In this document: one piece after another, positions 13,186 to 24,331 of the stretch
Position numbering within the stretch: position 1 is the first letter of the stretch
How the letters are laid out: every line of letters starts with the position of its first letter
DNA from: Mobula hypostoma
Taxonomy: Eukaryota
Direction of reading: 5' to 3'
Assembly: GCF_963921235.1 (NCBI RefSeq)
Contig: NC_086108.1
Span: 86,740,001 to 86,804,000 of the forward strand
DNA: 64,000 nt
Notes under the pieces: model-generated
Told to the model about the DNA's origin: nothing
What the model saw: only the letters and a program-made list of their open reading frames with translations
Database searches by the model: none
Position numbers and translations under genes: made by a program

Positions 13186-13800
13186 GAATAAGAGCAAACA
13201 GTTGATGCTTTGGGCCGAGACCCTTCATCAGGACTGAAAGAAAGAGGAGAAGTTAGAGTAAGAAGGTAGGGGGAGGGAAGGAAGAAATAGATGGTGGTAC
13301 ATTATGGGTGAAACTAGGAGGAGGAGTGAAGAAACCAGCTATAAAGTTGATTGGCGAAAGAGATAAGGAGCTGGCGAAGGAGAATCTGATAGGAAAGGAC
13401 AAAAGAACATGGAGTGAAGGAAAGAGGGGGAGGAGCACTAGAGGAAGGTGATAGTTTTACCCCTTTCATTCTCTTCAGTTGCCCATCCCCTCCCTCTGCT
13501 TCCCCTCATCCTTTCCTTTATCCCATAGTTCATTCTCCTCTCCTATCAGATTCATTCTTCTTCAACTCTTCACCTCTTCCACCTATCACTTCCCAACTTT
13601 CTACTTCACCCCACTTTTCCCTCAACTGACTGTATCTACTAACTTGCACTCCATCCCCTCCTCAACCTTATACCTTTGGCTTCTTCCCCCTTCCTTTCCA
13701 GTCCTGTTGAAGGGTCTCGGCCCGAGGCATCAACTGTTTATTCTTCTCCATAGATACAGCTTGACCTGCTGAGTTCCTCCAGTATTTTGAGTGTTGCTCA
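13186..13800. repeat. Inverted pair of PLE tails (13186-13455 minus, 13460-13800 plus), each with a decayed hammerhead motif
   Basis: GTTGATGCTTTGGGCCGAGACCCTTCATCAGGACTG (13201-13236) is the reverse-complement homologue of CAGTCCTGTTGAAGGGTCTCGGCCCGAGGCATCAACTG (13699-13736). The purine-rich and pyrimidine-rich arms mirror each other. Confidence 0.8.
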
Positions 13801-14364
13801 AGAAACAAAAGAAATTCATTTGGTATCTTATATCTGCTTCACCATTTAAAAGTTATAGTTATAAATATTACACAAGGTAAGCATTTGTAATGATGAAGAG
13901 CAATATTAGAGAATGTGCTTTTAAAATGACATTGGGTTAGTGACCATAAAAATACTCAGTACATCAGTACTGGAAGCTGGAACCATTCAGCACACCTGTG
14001 ACTAGAAAGGATGGTGACATTATTGAGTATTACTATTGCTGGTATGAGATTGAAGCTGAAACCAGTTGTATAGTGGTCCCAGTGCTCCTGAAGCAACTAT
14101 CCCTGCATGCAGATGTACAGTCTCAGGAAAACAAAATTGAAGATTTCAGAGCAAGATTGCAGTACCAGAGGGACATCAGCTACTGTTCTGTACTTTGCTT
14201 TGCAGAAACATAGCTCACGCCCACCAGTTTGGATGTAGCAATGCAATCTGATTGTGTCACCATTCTCAGCAAAGATAGGAAAGTTCAGTCTTTTAAAGGG
14301 AGAGGAGTTGGAATATACTTTACGATTAACTCACTATCGTGCACCGACTTAGTGGTTCTTTCTT

Positions 14365-14700
14365 TTTTGTTTGGCGTGTGCATGTGTGCATATGCACCTG
14401 TGCATGCCTCCGTGCGTCTGTCCGTGCGTCCATCCATGCGTGTGCAATGTTGGCGGGACGATGTCTTTTTCATTCCTTTATAAGGCGTGGAGCGAGAGAG
14501 AGAGAGACTGTGTGACATGCCATCCCCCACACAGACATTTCGCAGCATTTTTCCCTTTATTTTACGAGATTGAGTTGAGATCTCGACACTCAACCCGGCA
14601 CAGATGGAAAGTGTACTCGGGAGCAGACCCGACTGGGTTTGAACCCGGGAACCTCCATTCCAGAGTCCAGTGCTGATGTCATTGTGCTACCAGCCAGCCC
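14365..14700 (-). mobile_element. tRNA-derived SINE
   Basis: The minus-strand head has A-box-like TGGTAGCACAATGA and B-box GGTTCAAACCC. The TSD core TCTTTCTT is at 14357-14364 and 14707-14714. Confidence 0.8.
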
Positions 14701-15806
14701 AGCAGCTCTTTCTTAATCCTGCTCACCACACCTGGATCATCTAGGTGTCAAGCGTCATCCATATTATCTGCTGGGGGAGTTTTCCACTATCAACCAGGTA
14801 GTGGTTTACCTTCCTCCTCAGGCCAATGCTAGACAGGTTCTGGAGGAGCTGTGCACCATAATCACAAGTCACAAAAAAAAAGCAGCCTGATGCCTTCCCT
14901 ATAATTGTGAGGGATTTCAACCAGGCTAGCTTGAAGACGTCTCTGAACAACTACCACCAACATATCACTTGTGCAACCAAAGAATCCAACACACTGGACC
15001 ACTGTTATGCCTCCATCAAGGACGCTTATGATGCCATACCATACCAACATCTTGGAAAGTCCAATCACCCTGGCTGTTCTTCTGCTCCCAGCATATAGGC
15101 AGAGCCTAAAGACTAGAGCACAAGTGGTGAGGACCAGGAAGGTATGGTCAAGGGAGAGAGAGGAGCACTTACAGGACTGCTTTGGGCAGAGGACTCATCT
15201 TCAAATCTGAATGAATACACTACAGTGGTCACTGGCTTCATCAAGACCTGTGTGGGTGAGTGTGTGCTTCGAGAACATACCAAAACTAAAACCTCTGGGT
15301 GAACCAGGACATTCACAGTCTACTGGGGGTTACATCTATGGCATTCAAGACTAGTGAATCCAGAGCTATAAAAGAAGTCAAGGTACGGCCTATGGAAGGC
15401 TATTTTAAGGGTGAGAAAACAATTCTGATTGAATTGTTAGATGCACATCAGTTCTGGCAAGGTTTGCAAACCATTACTTCCTCCAAGGTGAATGGCATTG
15501 AAAGGGACAATAAAACTAAACCCATCTGAATCCTTGCAGCATCTAATGACGGCATGATCTCTGCCTCAGAGGCAGATGTCAGAACATCATTCAAGAGGGT
15601 AAACCCTTGCAAGGCATTAGACCCTGATGGTGTACCTGGTAGGGCATTGAATACCTGTGCCAACCAACTGGCAGAGTGTTCAAGGGCATCTTCAATCTTT
15701 CACTGCTGCAGATGGTGTTTCTCACCCACTTCAAAAGGTCAACAATCACACCAGTGCCTAATAAGGACAGGATGAACTGCTTCCATGACTATTGCCTGGG
15801 TGCACC

Positions 15807-16467
15807 CAAATTTACGAAGAAAGCATGGCAGCACCTCGATTTCCAAGGAGTTTGTAGAAGTTTGGCATAACGTCTCACTTCTATAGATGTGTCGTGGAAA
15901 GTGACTGACTGCATCACGGTGAGGTGTGGAAATAACGATGTTCTTGAATAGAAAATCCTGCAAAAAGTAGTGGACTTAGCCTGGTCCATCATTGATAAAG
16001 CCCTCCCCACTACTGAGCACGTCTACATGGGTGTTGTCGCAGGAATGCAGCATCCATCATCAGGGACTCCCACCACTGAGGTCATCCTTTCTTTTCACTG
16101 CTGGTACAGGAGCCTCAGGATTCACACCACCAGATTCAGAAAGAGTTATTACCCCTCAGCCATCAGGTTCTTGAACCAAAGGGGATATATTCATACAACT
16201 TCAATTGCCCCATCACTGAACTATAGACTCACATTCAAGGATTCTTCATTTCATGTGCTTGCTAATTATTTATTTATTTGTTTGTTTATTTCTTCTTGCA
16301 TTGGCACTTTGTTACTTTTGCACATTGTTGTCCACCCTGTTAGTGTGGTCTTTCATTGATTTTATTATGGTTATTGGATTTATTGAGTATGCCTGCAAGA
16401 AATTGAATCTCAGGTTTGTATTTGGTGACATATATGTAGCTTGATAATAAATTTATTTTGAACTTTG
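15807..16467 (+). mobile_element. Rex1/Babar LINE 3' end nested in the same orientation inside an older Rex1
   Basis: YRSLRIHTTRFRKSYYPSAIRFLN, then a 3' UTR with a GATAATAAATTTATTTTGAACTTTGA tail. The host reading frame (DY..L / TVMKCF) resumes after it. Confidence 0.75.
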
Positions 16468-16936
16468 ATCTACTGTGATGAAGTGCTTTTGGAGATTGGT
16501 GATGACCAGAATGAACTCCTGCCTAAGCAAGGATCTGGACTCAATGCAATTTTCTTATTGCCACAATAGGTCTACAACAGATACAATCTCACTAGCTCTC
16601 CACTTGGCCCCAGATCAGCTGGACAATAGCAATGCTTTTGTCAGTTTGCTGTTTATTGACCATAGCTCAGCGTGTAACACAATTATACTGTCAGTTCCAA
16701 TTAACAAGGTCCAAATCCTGGGCTTCTGTACCTTCCTCTGCAAATGGATCTTTGACTTCCTCACCAGGAGACCATAGCCAGTGAAGATTGGAAATATCAT
16801 CTCCCCCTCACTGACAATCAGCACAAGCACACCTCAAGGATGCATGCTTAGCCCACTGCTTTATTCTGTCTACACCTGTGATTGAGTGGCTAGACACAAA
16901 TCAAATGTCATCTATAAAATTGCTGATGACACAACT

Positions 16937-17700
16937 CTTCATCCCTCTCCAGTAATCTCCCTCCCAGTATTTTTCCTGCAAGCAGCCAAGGTACATCAGC
17001 CCATTCACCTCCCTCACCTCCATTCAGTGCCCCAAGCAGTCCTTCCAGGTGAGACAACACTTCACTACAAATCCGCTGGTGATGTGTCTGTTGTGACCAG
17101 TGCTCCTGATGTGGTCTCCTCCACACTGGTGTGACCCAGCGTAAATTGGGCGACTGCTTCGTTGAGCACCTTCGCTCCATCTGCCAAAATGGGAACCCGT
17201 GGTGAGACATTTTAATTCGAATTCCCCTGCCCATTCTGACATCTGTCCATAGCCCCCTCTTGTGCCAAAAGAAGGCCAGCCACAGGGTGGAGGAGAGGAG
17301 CAACTACCTTATATTCTGTCTGGGTAGCCTCCAACCTGATGGCATAAATATGGATTTCTCCTTCCAGTAAAAAAAATCCCTCTCCCTCTCCTCTTCTATT
17401 CCCCACGCTGCCCTCTTACCTCTTCTCACCTGCCTATCACCTCCCCTCCCTTTCTCCTATGATCCACCCTCCCCTCCTATCAGATTACTTCATCTCCAGC
17501 TGTTTACCTTTCCTGTCCACCTGGCTTCACCTATCACCTTCCAGCTATCCTCCTGCCCCTCCCTTAACCTTTTTATTCTGGCATCTCCCACATTCCTTTC
17601 CAGTCCTGAAGAAGGGTGTCGGCCTGAAACTTTAACTTTGTTTATTTCCATGGATGCTGCCTGACCTACCGAGTTCCTCCAGCATTTTGTGTGTGTTGTT
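16937..17700 (+). mobile_element. Penelope-like element 3' fragment (GIY-YIG remnant and tail)
   Basis: SFQVRQHF..C..CGLLH(T)G.TQRKLGDCFVEH remnant. Hammerhead-like CAGTC-CTGAAGA-AGGGTGTCGGCCT-GAAA at 17601-17629. Confidence 0.8.
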
Positions 17701-18214
17701 AGTGAGTTATATTCTTCTTTCTGCTTCTGATGCACAAATTTTCCTGCAAAGAAGCTCTTCCAGAAAATCTGCATTTACTAATTGGGACTGAATCAAATAC
17801 TCTCTACTTATTATTCCCGATTCACCTTGCCCATTGGACGTACTTGCCAAATAAGTTTTTAAAAGAAAGCCCATTATAATACATGACCAGAAGGTAGCTT
17901 ACCCTCCTTACTAAACATAAAAAGCACTGAAAATTTTCATATAATGAGATAAATTCTCAACCTTGGCCTAGCATTAAAATGCCTCTTACAAAGATGTCAC
18001 TTCAAGATACAGCAGCAGAGTGGTTAAGTTACTGAACTAGTAATCATTCATGAACTCAAATCCATGGAGATTTAATTTATTATGAGTCAGACTGAAACAT
18101 TTGGCTTGTTGTTTCTGCTCTACCATTTAATGACATTTTGACTGAGCTTTTACAAATCACTGTTTCTCTCCCTAACCCAATATCATTTGAATCCCTTCAT
18201 GGTTAATTTAATAA

Positions 18215-18370
18215 ATCTAAACCAGAAGTGCAAAAGGAACCCTTTGAGAGATAGTCGACATTTCACGTTGTGAGCCTGCATCAGGACTGAGAGTGTGGAG
18301 GGAAGATAATCAGTACAGAGAGCAGAATGGGAAAAGTGAAACAGGAGCTGATAGGTGATAGGTGCCAGCA
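18215..18370 (-). repeat. PLE tail fragment
   Basis: The minus strand reads CAGTCCTGATGCAGG..GAAATGTCGACTA at 18252-18289. Confidence 0.6.
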
Positions 18371-19171
18371 CCTGCAAGTCTCTATTCAATTTCCTGAGGT
18401 TCCACAGGAAGGTGTCATGAGGAGAGTTGATGCTCATGGAGATAGAAGACTTTAACAAGTGCTGTAGTGCCTTCAAAAAGCTGAAACAGAAGGCAAATAT
18501 ATACCTAATCTTGGCATGATGATGCCCATGATAGAACATAATCCATTAATAACCCATTGCTTTTATTTCAGATTTCTAGCATTTGTAGGTTTTGGTTTTT
18601 TTTCATTTCTGGATTAGATTTATTAAATTAACCATTAAAGGAATGAGAGGATAATGGATTAGGGAAGGAAATGTTGATCACGTAAAAGACCGGTCACTAT
18701 GTCATTAAATGATAAAACAGAAACAAAGAACCAAATGCCTCAGTCCTGCTCATGTAGAAGTCCAGATATGGTTCCGTGCAGATGTAGTTAAGATACATTT
18801 ATATTCTTTTCCAGGATCTTGACATAGATGCTTATGCCTAATTTTCCCTTAGTAGATATTGATGAACAGTTATCTCATATGCTGTGTTTGTTCTGAAGAA
18901 TATGCTCTTCATAAATCTGAGGTTATCCAAAACTCTGGTTATCCAAAATCTTCTGCCCACCAACAGGCCCCATTTTTTCCATCATCCTTCACTTGCAGAC
19001 TCATATTACCTGAAAATGGTTAACAATTTCAGGTAATCAACATCCAAATTGCAGAGCTTTCTTCCAAATTCCTTCAGCAGTTTCAAACAACACTGCATTT
19101 CACCTCCTTCAGGCATAGATTTCTTCCATTACCACTTACTTTTAATGCCTTCCAGCCCAGTCCAATGATGA

Positions 19172-19630
19172 TCCAAAGGTTAAAAGGTTCATTTATTATC
19201 AAAGTATAGAACTCTGAAATTCTTCTTCTCCAGATAGCCAAGAAAGAAAAGAAAGACAGCATGAACATCAACCCCGAAATGCCTTCTCCCTGCACAAAAA
19301 AATTTAAACAAATGGAATAGGGACATCAACACCCCCCCCCCCCCACCACCACCACCCCTGCACACAAAAATGAGAAAGATCGGGCAAAAAACACAGAACA
19401 CAAAAAAAAACATAAGACTGAAAAACAGTCCACATCCAAAATGCAGAAAACCTGGGCAACATTCTCCCTCTTTGTAGAAGAGCAATCTCACAAGCAATAA
19501 AATGGCAGTCTCCCCACTATCTAGCAGAGTGATCTTACCAGTGAAAAAAAGGCAGTCTCCTTTCTCCAGCAGCAGACTGATACCCCCAGCAGTATAAAGG
19601 CAGGCAGCCGGTGTTTCAATCTCTCTTGTC
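19172..19630 (-). repeat. Non-autonomous retroposon / LINE tail-type repeat
   Basis: It starts AAAGGTTCATTTATTATCAAAGTATAGAACTCTGAAATTCTTC, the reverse of a GATAATAAA..(TTTGAA)-like tail, and resembles 2720-3030 and 5793-5991. Confidence 0.5.
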
Positions 19631-19754
19631 ACTTCATTGCTTTAATTTCAGATTTCCAGCATTTGCAGATTTAGATTTATCAAATTAATGATTAAGGGAT
19701 TCATACGGGCACTTTCACTCTCTTGATCTCAGAAGTCTAGGTTCAGTAGTGTGA

Positions 19755-20136
19755 GTAGCCTTCACAACTGGGGCCTACTTTGGTTGTGGTGAATGACCAG
19801 GATTTCTGCTGTGCCTTGTCATGCCCTTCGTTCTCTACAAAGTGTTGCAGAACCACCTTCCTGGCAGTAGGACCTCTCTATTAACCTCACTCAACCAGTC
19901 CGTCAGCACTGACTTTGCATTCTAGGACCGGCAAGTAACTACCTCATTGGCTATGAGACCCGCTGGCTGCACCCATCAACTAGAGCACTGGGGTGTGGCC
20001 ACTGTCGTTTGCAAGCAGCTACTTGGAGCCACAGGTGAGAGCAGTGTCAGGCAGCAACCAAAGTTGCTCCAGGATGTTCACGACAAGCCACTTCAGCAGA
20101 GGTGCTGCCCCTCCCTGGAACCCCCATACAGACCCC
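19755..20136 (-). mobile_element. GC-richer interspersed repeat, possibly derived from an RTE-clade 5' UTR
   Basis: There is a sharp compositional block. The minus-strand start GGGGCAGCACCTCTGCTGAAGTGGCTTGTCGTG resembles RTE-type 5' ends (from memory only). Confidence 0.3.
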
Positions 20137-20839
20137 AGAAAGACAAATGTGGTTAAAAAGAAGCATTTACTACTCTTTCTCAGTTAGCACTGCACATGTG
20201 ATGACTTTCAATTTCCACTTTATCACAGATTTTCCTGATCTCTCCATCTCCTTTATTTAACTTAAAACATGTTTAATTCTGAAGTTTTTCTGAATCTCTC
20301 TCTACATACGCTGCCTTACCCACTGAGCATTTTAAGCATTTTCTATTTTTTTTAAGTCAGAATCAGCACCATTACCCATAAAAAGGGATCACCACAAAGG
20401 CCTGTGTACTTCACAAGTGAACAGCAGAAAAGGAAACATGCAGTGACCTGATTTAGCTGCGCTTAGAGTGCAGTTTATCTAATTTAGTCGAATGTCCATC
20501 TCTCAGCTAATATCTCTCGTCTGCCATGCTACAGTTACTAACACTGCAACCAACTGTTCAAAACATATGTTGTTTGAAAACATCTTTAATTTTTGTCATG
20601 ATGAGGAGTGATGCTTCTTCATTTAATAAATGACAAAACCAATTAAGATCTACTTTATGCAGAATTATGCACTATATTAATTACAATTAAATTGCAATGC
20701 ACTTTTGTTTCATTGAAATGCTAACCGAAGAAAAAAAATAATCCTCTAATTGGTTGCCTCCAGGATGTTGCAGAACATGTCACAGCTGGCCAGTTGCATT
20801 TGACTAGAAGTTACAGTGTCTGAGTTAAAGATTCATTGA

Positions 20840-21936
20840 TGGGGAATTGGTAGATGGAATTTAACCTGGCTAAATGTGAGTGTTGATCTTTGGAAGATCA
20901 AATATACAGTATTAATGGCAAGGCAACACACATAATCTGCATCTGCAGACTTTCTTGTGTTTAATGTTAATGGCAAAACCTTTATTGGCGATGATGTGCA
21001 GAGAGTTCTTTGGATCAAGTCAAAGTGGCTACAGCGGTTGATAGGATGGTTAAGAAGGCATTTGGTTCATTAGTCGTGGAACTGAGTTCCAGAGTTGGGA
21101 AGTTATGTTGCAGCTTCATAAATATTGTAGTGATGTGCTACACACAGAGCTAGAAATAATGACACGCAGGCTATAAGTTACACTTGAGACTAGTTTATTC
21201 AAACCTCATGGCACTGGGTTTTACGCAGTTCCGTTCCCGCCCTCTCCAGGCGGAAATGACATCAGAGGTGCATTACAAAAGTCTCTTCCCGTGTGCAGGC
21301 TTTCTCCCCTGGCTGGTGAAGAAGAAGGCCTAGCGCCATTTTGGGGCTGGCCTCTCTGCCGGCGCGCACGCCATTTTGTGAGCCGGTTTGCCTGCGTAGA
21401 AAGTGGGTCGCCACAATATCTAGGTAAACCTCATATTGAATTTTGCATTCAATTCTGGTCACCCCACTCTTGGAAGGATGTCTGGAGAGTGTGCAAAAGA
21501 GGATTACGGGATATTTCCTGTATTAGATGGCACATGGAGAGTTCGGACAAATTTGGGTCACTTTCTCTGTGGAGGCAGAGACTGAGGTTTATAAGATTAG
21601 GAGAGGCACAGGTAGAGTTGACAACCAGTATCTTTGTCCCAAGGTTTAAATGTCTAATACCCTAGCATGCATTTAAGGTGGTAATGGGTAAGTTCTAAGA
21701 AGAGTAGGGTATGTTTTTTATACAGAGATTTCTGAGTGCCTGGAATGAGCTGGAGGCAGATAAGATGCTAACTGTTCAAGAGGCTCTTAGATAGGCACAT
21801 GAATGTGTAGGAAATGGAAGGCTATGACATTGTGTAGTCAGAAGGGAATAGTGTAGCTCGGCATTTGATTACTAATTTAATTCAGCCGGAAATTGTGGGC
21901 CCGTTCCTGTGCTATACTATTCTGTGCTATGTTCAT
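20840..21936 (+). mobile_element. Degenerate CR1 LINE 3' fragment hosting a solo LTR and a mini-insertion
   Basis: GKPHIEFCIQFWSPHSWKD motif (ORF 21291..21665) and a CR1 3' UTR ending TATTCTGTGCTATGTTC. Confidence 0.75.
21126..21415 (-). mobile_element. Solo LTR (290 bp), Gypsy-like
   Basis: TG...CA termini (TGTAGT..CCACA), a perfect 4-bp TSD ATAT at 21122-21125 and 21416-21419, and AATAAA on the minus strand near 21194. Confidence 0.85.
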
Positions 21937-22464
21937 GATACCTTCTGTCACTATCCACTCAGATAATGTGTTCCAGGTTCCAATCATCCCCCGGGTGAAA
22001 CAAAAATAAAATTATCTTCCAATCCCTTCAAACCCTCCAACTGCTTACCCAAATCCAATGCACTGACAAGTGGAGCTGCCAATCTGTACATAGTGAGATC
22101 CCATGAACTACATCTGAGAAGCGATCAATGAAAAAGCCCGATAATGCAGAGGCCAAGATGAAGGAAATGCATATCCCTGTGCCATTTGCTTGAAAAGCAT
22201 GCAATGTTATACAAAAGTCATCTTAACAAATTTAAACAGGTACATACTTTTCGTGTTCCCATCAAACTAACCTTGACTGAGACCGATCAAACTTGATGCA
22301 CCTGGCCTGCTGCTACACTCAGTGTTGAGATAAAGTATGAATGGAGTGTTAAAATAGGATGCAGGAGAGCACATTTAAGGCCCCTGAAGGAGTGGGTAGA
22401 ATAGTGCTTCATCTGCATTCTTAGGGCGGGAGTTTGCAAAAGCTTTACGTTTTAAGATATTTTA

Positions 22465-23631
22465 GTATGAATGTTACAGCTATATAGGATTTTGGTCAGA
22501 CCCCATTTGGAGTACTATGTTCAGTTCTGGTCACCTCACAACAGGAAGGATGTGGATACTATAGAGAGAGTTCAGAGGAGATTTACAAAGATGTTGCCTG
22601 GATTGTAGAGAGTATCTTATGAGAATAGGTTGAGTGAACTTGGCCTTTTCTCCTTGGAATGACCGAGGATGAGAGGTGACCTGATAGAACTGTATAAGAT
22701 GATGAGGGGCATTGATTGTGTGGATAGCCAGGGGCTTTTTCCCAGAGCTGAAATGGCTAACATGAGGGGTCATAGTTTTAAGGTGCTCTGAAATAGGTAC
22801 CGAGGGGTGTCAGGGGTAAGTTATTAACACAGAAAGTGGTGGGTGCGTGAAATGCACTGCCGGTGGTGGTGGTGGAAGCAGATACAACAAGGTCTTTTAA
22901 GTCATAGTCATACTTATACTTTATTGATCCCAGGGGAAATTAGTTTTTGTTACAGTTGCACCATAAATAATAAATAGTAATAGAACCATAAATAGTTAAA
23001 TGGTAATATGTAAGTTATGCCAGTAAATTATGAAATAAGTCCAGGACCAGCCTATTGGCTCAAGGTGTCTGACCCTCCAAGGGAGGAGTTGTAAAGTTTG
23101 ATGGCCACAGGCAGGAATGACTTCCTATGATGCTCTGTGTTGCATCTCGGTGGAATGAGTCTCTGGCTGAATGTACTCCTGTGCCCACCCAGTACACTAT
23201 GTAGTGGATGGGAGAAATTGACCAAGATGGCATGCAACTTAGACAGCATCCTCTTTTCAGACCCCACCGTCAGAGAGTCCAGTTCCATCCCCACAACATC
23301 ACTGGCCTTACGAATGAGTTTGTTGATTCTGTTGGTGTCTGCCGCCCTCAGCCTGCTGCCCCAGCACACAACAGCAAACATGATAGCACTGGCCACCACA
23401 GACTCGTAGAACATCCTCAGCATCATCCGGCAGATGCTAAAGGACCTGAGTCTCCTCAGGAAATAGAGACGGCTCTGATTAAGAACTCCTTAGACAGGTA
23501 CATGGAGCTTTGAAAAATTGAGGGCTATGTGCTAAGGAAATTCTCAGCAGTCTCTAGAGTAGGTTACATGGTCGGCACAACATTGTGAGCCGAAGGACCT
23601 GTAATGTGCCATAGATTTCTATGTTCTATGT
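22465..23631 (+). mobile_element. CR1 LINE 3' fragment split by a Rex1 insertion
   Basis: [28 protein letters not shown] motif and a TTTCTATGTTCTATG tail. Confidence 0.85.
22902..23478 (-). mobile_element. Rex1 LINE 3' fragment of a distinct, apparently young subfamily
   Basis: Uninterrupted frame [58 protein letters not shown] at 22897-22901 and 23479-23483. Confidence 0.88.
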
Positions 23632-23770
23632 GAATAGTTAAAACCTAAAACAGAACAATGGTGCACAACAGGGCTGTTGCTCAGGGTCTATTCTAATTCC
23701 ATCTGCCTGCACCAGGGCCATATGCAGTTAAAGAGTAGAACCTTATTTTTCTTTTTCTCATGTTCAAGTA

Positions 23771-24331
23771 CACTCAGTGGCTACTTTGTTAGGTACACAT
23801 GTACACCAGCTTATTAATGCAAATATCTAATCAGCCAATCACGTGGCAGCAACTCAATGCATAAAAGCATGCAGACATGGTCAAGAGGTCCAGTTGTTGT
23901 TCAGACCAAACATCAGAATGGGGAAGAAATGTGATCTAAATGAGTTTGGTGACAGACAGGGTGGTTTGAGTGTCTCAGAAATTGCTGATCTCCTGGGATT
24001 TTCATGCACAACAGTCCCTATAGTTTACAGGGAGTGGTGCAAAAAAAAAAGACTAAAAAAAATTTAGTGAGCAGCAGTTCTGTGAGTAAAAATGCTTTGT
24101 TAATGAGAGAGCTCAGAGGAAAATGACCAGACTGCTTCAAGCTGACAGGAAGGCACCAGTACTCAAATAACCACATGTTACAACAGTGGTGTTCAGAAGA
24201 GCATCTCTGAGTGCACAACAATAACATCGAAACTTGAAGTGGATGGGCTACAGCAGCAGGAGATCACAAACATACATTCAGTGGCCACTTTATTTGCTAT
24301 ATGAGGTACCTAATAAAATGGCCACTACGTG
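23771..24331 (+). mobile_element. Tc1/mariner-derived MITE
   Basis: TA-CACTCAGTGGCTACTTTGTTAGGTAC ... GTACCTAATAAAATGGCCACTACGTG. ORF remnant MGKKCDLNEF..GLSVSEIADLLGFS. Confidence 0.85.

Larger units (their letters stand above)
14090..16936 (+). mobile_element. Old Rex1/Babar LINE (APE endonuclease to RT) with nested insertions
   Basis: VQSQENKIEDFRARLQYQRD..VLCFAET (endonuclease), DPDGVPGRALNTCANQL and MKCFWRLV..KIADDTT. Interrupted by a SINE at 14365-14700 and a second Rex1 3' end at about 15807-16467. Confidence 0.85.

Noticed and set aside
14625..14700. Functional tRNA gene (also 43990-44065)
   Set aside because: The arms are degenerate, and each is attached to a SINE body with a tail and TSD.
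18921..18948. GGTTATCCAAAA direct repeat as a CRISPR-like or regulatory array
   Set aside because: There are only two units, and the context is eukaryotic with no spacers or associated genes.
19755..20136. HDV-like ribozyme in a putative RTE 5' UTR
   Set aside because: I could not build a complete double pseudoknot by eye, and the family assignment itself is uncertain.
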